Of a stretch of DNA of 64,000 nt, positions 58,090 to 64,000 are shown one piece after another (position 1 is the first letter of the stretch; every line of letters begins with the position of its first letter). The DNA is from the human T2T-CHM13v2.0 reference genome, Homo sapiens, in NCBI RefSeq assembly GCF_009914755.1, contig NC_060929.1. The stretch is one strand, 5' to 3'. The notes below the pieces were generated by a model. That model did not search any database. It had not been told where the DNA came from and worked only from the letters and a program-made list of their open reading frames with translations. The position numbers were made by a program, and so were the translations under genes.

Positions 58090-61000
58090 CCTCCTATAAT
58101 GCTTATGTGGGTCAGGCACTAGTCTCAGGATTTACCCAATTAATTCCAGGTATCCCTTCAAACACACTAAGAGGTATATTCCATGATGAAATTGAGACAC
58201 AGAAAGACTAAGTTACTTTCCATAGAGTACAATCAGGTAGTGATGGAACCAGGCTTCAACTGTCCAGTTCTAGAAGGCAAGCATATATCCACCATGCAAT
58301 TCTGCTTTTGATGGGCAGCCTGACCCAAAAATAACAATATTCTGACCTTTAGGGAAGCAAAGGATCTGCCACTTGTTGAGTATATTATGGACCTGTCTGG
58401 GAAAGGTGCATTTCATTTTTGTGCTATAGCAATGAACAAACAATAATTTTTTGAACTGCATCAATTACTAGAACACAAGAGGGCTTTTGTTATACATGGA
58501 CAACTTCTAAACGTCATCTCATCTACCTAGCACTAAAGCATCAGGCATGGAAATGGTAGAGAATCGTGCTGGGCCTGCTCCTTACAATGACTCCCATCAC
58601 CCGAAAAACATATGTTTGGCAGCTGAGGGAATGCATTAGTTCAAAGGAAATGGTAAAAGGCTAAGGAAAAGAAGGCAAAAGCGTGTTCTCCAATTATTTA
58701 CTTGTAACACATGTTAAATGATTGTAATATGTTTGTTTGCATGTTTCGTTACTAGGAACTTTTACCTTATCTCCAAAGAACAGAAGACAGCCAAGTCACA
58801 ACATGTCTTGACTTTTTCTAAGTAAGTCATTTACAAGCAGTGGGTGTAATGCTGACTCTGACTCTATTAGCAGCAAATCCTGGCTACTTAATACTGGGAA
58901 ATAGCTTCCAGACACTTAATAACTAGCAGACTGGTTCTACTTAAAATGACTTTGTGAGCAATACTTGTTAACTCTGCTTGTCAGGGCTCTTCAGAATGGG
59001 CAGGCCATCCTCCTAGACTGGCAATTAGTCACTCTAGAGAAGGTTTGTCTCATCACTCCAATCCCAAAAAGATGTTCACCAATTTTGAATGAACCGATGT
59101 TCTACACTGACCCAAGGAACTACTGAAAAATGATCTTATGCTCTTACGAGAGTTAGGACAGTACAAGAGACAGAATTTGAATTTTGAAGTGAGGATGTAA
59201 AGTGTGACTCTGGCACTTGCTAATTGAGTGACTAATTATTTCTTTTCCATGCATTTCAGTTGTCTTATCAAAAAATTTTATAAGATAACCCATACTCTAC
59301 AGGATGATGTGGGAGTTAAAGTAAACATGTGTTGGAATATTCAGCCATGATAATAACGTACTCAGTAGAGCAGAATCCAGTTGTATTTATTCATGTATTG
59401 TTCTCTGCACCGTATCTCCACAATAATGAGATGGAATTGGATCTAGATGAATCTCAATAGTAGGATTTCACAGTAGTCCTTAGAACCAGCATTTGAGGAA
59501 GTAAGACTTGTTGTCATGTGACGGAGAAACCTAACCATTCATTAGCCATCTGGAAACCGTTTTCTCTTATTCTAAGTAGATGCACAACTCCCTTCTTTTG
59601 GCTGAAATGTGAAAGAAAGTAAGCAGTTAGGTTGGAGTGGCTACCTAAAGTAGGAATGAGACTTGTTGGAAGAGTCACAAAAAGTTGGCAAGATAATCAA
59701 AAGCCAGAACAAACAATGTCCTAAGTGAAATGAAAGATCATCTGGATATATACAGAATCATGACCACTGCTGATATCTACTGAACTCTTGGTAGCTTGTT
59801 CCTAGTTTGACTTCTTGCATGTAATCCTCACAACTACTCTATGGTAGGCAATCACAATTTTTATCTGTCAGATGAGAAAAATGGAGCACCACAAGATGCA
59901 ACCATGTGTCCAAGTTTGTATATCCAGTGAGGACCACAGCTCAGTTCTGCCCAGAGAAGGATCCTGGGTCCCAAACCATGATACTCCCCTGCCCCTCACA
60001 TCTGGCTAGACTCTGAGCATCCTGAGGACAACGCATATGGCAGATTCAGATTTGCTTTGCTGTAGCTCAGCCACCCAGACTGCCAAATCATAAATATTTC
60101 TTAGATGAATCCTGTCTAGGTTGTAACTGTTTGACCCAGGAAATGTCATGATGAAATGGGTGCTTGGGGAGCATTAGTCTGATAGAATGCGGGTTGGTTG
60201 GACCAGAACTGTGGGAGTGGAGAGGAGAACTAGAAGGATGTCTTAGGAAACTATTACAGTGCACTGATGTGAGGATAGCTGAGGCAGCCTGCGAGCTCAA
60301 CTCTCCTTTTCCATTGCATATAACACAACTTGAGGAAGTCATAGAAACAACTATATATTGCACTAGTTTTCACAATCGTTGTCCACTTTCCATACCTTAC
60401 CTTTTTCTCTGTGGAGACAGAGACTTCTGCCTCACCAGCAAGGTTCCTCAGTGGTAGAAATTTATTCCAGGAGCCATCCAAAATGTCACAGGAAGGTGCC
60501 TTTAGTGACTAAAGAAGACCATATCCATATTAAATATCCTACAACTTCAGTGTACATCTGCGTAAGTTACCAAGTTTAGGTTCATTCTTACATAATTAAG
60601 GTTTCACTGTGGCTCTCCAAATACGATTACTAGCATTGTTTTCCAGAATCAACAAAAGGATGTGACTATAGTGGTTCTTTCCACTTGAGGCGTTAAAAAA
60701 TGCATGTCCATTCATTTGTTCAGCGTCTATTTCTCATATACCTACTACATACCCAGCATTCTCCTTGATTCTAGAAGCAAAACGAGGTCCTTGCTCTTTA
60801 GAAACCTACAAGTTAGAGGGATAAATAAACAAGCAAGGAATAATCTATCCATATCTCTCCTTGTTATAAGTCTCCCAAGTGTTTGTCATTTTACTTAGGA
60901 AGAAATCTAAGCTCATCAGCATGGCATAGAAGGTCCACCAAGATCGCACGCCTGCGTCCCTCTGCAGCCCCCTATTCTATCTCCTCCTCTGGAATTCAAT

Positions 61001-61400
61001 TCTCAAGTCATGCTGAAAGGCACATGTTTCCCCAAATGTTTCATATCTCTTCTGAAATGTTCTGTGTTTTTGTCACTCCCAGGACTTGGAGCAGATTCCT
61101 CCTCCTTCATTGTTCACCAGCTGCTCATCTTCTGACACTCAGCCTAAATGGCCAACCCTTCTCCAGGAAGACTCTGTAAAGGCCCCGGCACCCATTCCGT
61201 GTGACTGCTTCCCCTTTCTCTGCCATAACATTTGTGACAGTGTTTTATAATCACCTCATTTGAGAATGAGGATTTTATTGTTTATTTCTGTGAACTCCCA
61301 ATGACTTGAACATAATGGTATCTCCTCAATATATTTCTACTGAAGGAAAGAAGGAGGGGAAGGATGAAGAGAGGGAGGGAAGAATGGGGAGAGAGATAGA
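58090..61400. mobile_element. Cluster of degenerate MIR and L2 relics (MIR ~58095-58270, ~59160-59370, ~59770-59990; L2 ~60010-60300, ~60700-60830, ~60990-61350)
   Basis: MIR core motifs (gatgaaattgagacacagaaagactaagttactt; cagatgagaaaaatggagcaccaca) and L2 motifs (ccattcatttgttcagc, ccttctccaggaagactct). Boundaries approximate. Confidence 0.5.
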
Positions 61401-62164
61401 GAAAGGGAGTAGGTCAGGCCTTTGTCATTAGTTTATACTATGATTAAATCCTCCTCTTCCCTGTGGGGCAATTCTGTCCTTATTCCAGGGACAACCAAAC
61501 AGGAGGTAATGAGCACCTGACCTCAGTTTATTGTAGTAGCAGCAGAGAGAGACAATCTGGAAGAAATCAGAATGGGAGAATCAACAATAGTTGGTGACAG
61601 GTTCAACAATTACATAAAAGGAAACAGTATTTTCCTTGTCTTGTGAATAGAAAAGACAGACAAAAAAGTGGAAGCCATATCTTTTTGTGTCTATTAGTGA
61701 GAGTTGGGTGCCTGGATTTTCTCATTTAAATCAAAGTATTCAGAAAAACATAAAACATGCATTAATTTAGAGGTACACAGGGAAGCTTTAACATAAATAC
61801 GTAAGAATAATCACTGTGTTAAATTAAGTTACAAATGTATCGACCATCCAAAAGCTTTCCTGCCAAGATTCAACCAAGAGTATATTTAATAGAAATCACA
61901 TCTTGTCTGATGTGGTAAACTCCTTGCCTGTGATTCACTCCTCTTGATGAACAACTCTTGAAGCCAATCTTCAGATCAGGGATAAACTCCAGCTCAAAGT
62001 CTGAATTTTCTCTGGAAGTGTATTCAAGGTCTTGAGCAATCCATCTTGTTGTTATCAGATTAGCAATGAAACAAAAGGAAACAAATATGCAAGAAAAATA
62101 TTAAGGATCTGTTCTATGAGAGTCAAGTCAGGGTTCACGAAGCCACTACGATCACACTCTAGAG

Positions 62165-62388
62165 CAAGCTTGTCCAACGTGCAGCCCGTGGGCCATACGC
62201 GGTCCCGAACAACTTTGAATGCTGCTCAACACAAATTTGTTAACCTTCTTTCAACATTATGAGATTTGGAGGGGGATTTTTTTTCAACTCATCAGCTATC
62301 ATTAGTGTTAGTGTATTTTATATGTGGCTCAAGACAATTATTCTTCTTCCAATGTTGCCCAGGAAAGCCAAAAGATTGGACACCCCTA
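62165..62388. mobile_element. MER30 hAT-Charlie DNA transposon
   Basis: caagcttgtccaac...cacaaatttgttaac...aaagccaaaagattggacacccct, with ctagag-containing target sites on both sides. Confidence 0.85.
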
Positions 62389-63398
62389 CCTAGAGACATA
62401 AGATAAGAGACCTGGGAAATATGAAAGCATTGGTGGATGGGAGACTTCCTGGAGACTTACTTGAGGAAAAGCTATTGGCTGATCAAGAAGCTGCAATTCA
62501 CAAAGAAACTGCAACATGCATTTGTTTTCATGCAGCTGGACACGATGGGAATGACTGCTTAAGTAACTGAGACATTTCACAAAGGGGACAGTTTCACCCT
62601 AAGGGAAATCTTTTAGATTGTGTTATTGCCAATACTAAGACATTCCAAATAGAATAATTCTAGGATCCCAGAGGATTCCAATTTTGTTTGAGGATTCCTG
62701 TTAAAATTCCAGCCCCAGGACACTCCTGAGGCCTTCCTGGGTTAAGATAATGGATGTCTATTCCAAGAGTCTCCTCTTTATCGGGGGATGATTCTTACTA
62801 ACTTCTGCCACTCTGTAATATCCCCATCCCATTATTAAGTTGGCATATATTTCCTCAGCTTATACTGATTTGCAACTGGGCCTATAACCCTCAGAACGCT
62901 TGGGAGTCTCCGAGCCCCCAATTCTCTTACTGTTTTGTCTGGCTTTGTTCTGTTTGCTTCCACTATTTGTAATAACTTGTATTATTAGAGCGCTTTTGAG
63001 TTTACAATGCTTTCAAATACATTATCTCATCTGGCCTAAGGATTTGGCACTGTTGCTAGGCATAAGCAACCATCTGGGGATCTCTGATTTACAAGTCTAT
63101 CATTAACTCATCAACAAACAGTCACCGAGCAGCTACTGTAGGTCAACCACTACACTGGGTTTGGTGTGACCTGTGGAAAGTTGGAGAAGAAAAAACAAAA
63201 ACAAAAATGGTATTATGATAATATTAGCTTCAACAAATTTTAAATTAAAGAACCAAAACAAACAGCTATGAACATTCAAGTTTCAAAAAATACTAGTGTT
63301 GTCTGAAATTTCACCCCATCTTCTGTCATTTCTCTACACAGAAACTACATAGCTTTCTCATAATACCTACTCATTTGGCGGCAGTCAAATGTAAATCA

Positions 63399-63707
<309 letters not shown>

Positions 63708-63713
63708 TCAATC

Positions 63714-63769
63714 TTTTTTTTTTAATATATATACTTTTATTATACTTTTAGTTCTAGGGTACATGTGCA
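63714..63769 (-). mobile_element. Extremely truncated L1PA 3' end
   Basis: Poly-T, then ttattatacttttagttctagggtacatgtgca, the reverse of the L1PA terminal sequence. Confidence 0.7.
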
Positions 63770-64000
63770 GTTTAAATGAAATCTAGATCTCCTAAATTGT
63801 ACTCACTAAGAAAAGGAATCCATAGATCATTTGACCATAATACTCACTTTAATAACAGTTCTTCAGGAAAAATGATAAATATGAAATGTATGGATTGAGT
63901 ATAACTTGGGCTCACCAGCTTCAGAAATGTAAAAATGTCGACATGTGCCTTAGAATTAAATGCAGACCACATACACCTAATCTTCCAGTTCCTCAGGAAG

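Overview
Primate (human or great-ape) non-coding genomic DNA, intergenic or deep intronic. I find no supportable protein-coding gene, tRNA, rRNA or CRISPR array. The ORF-track peptides are explained by Alu, L1, MaLR or simple-repeat sequence, or look like chance ORFs. Much of the window is interspersed repeat: about 13 Alus, several old L1M fragments (two with twin-priming 5' inversions and visible target-site duplications, TSDs), a full-length THE1-type MaLR provirus, an intact 969-bp HERV-K(HML-2) LTR5_Hs-like solo LTR with a perfect 6-bp TSD, MLT1/MLT2/ERV1 LTRs, MER20/MER30 DNA transposons, and MIR/L2 relics. The most striking unexplained structure is a long inverted repeat of apparently unique sequence at 32279-32981: two ~236-bp arms about 90% identical around a 230-bp spacer. 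It lies next to a CCAAT/GC-rich element and an orphan CpG island (about 33380-34700) carrying plus-strand splice signals, which suggests a possible long-hairpin-RNA or cruciform locus. Repeat subfamily names come from my recall of consensus sequences and should be confirmed with RepeatMasker/Dfam.
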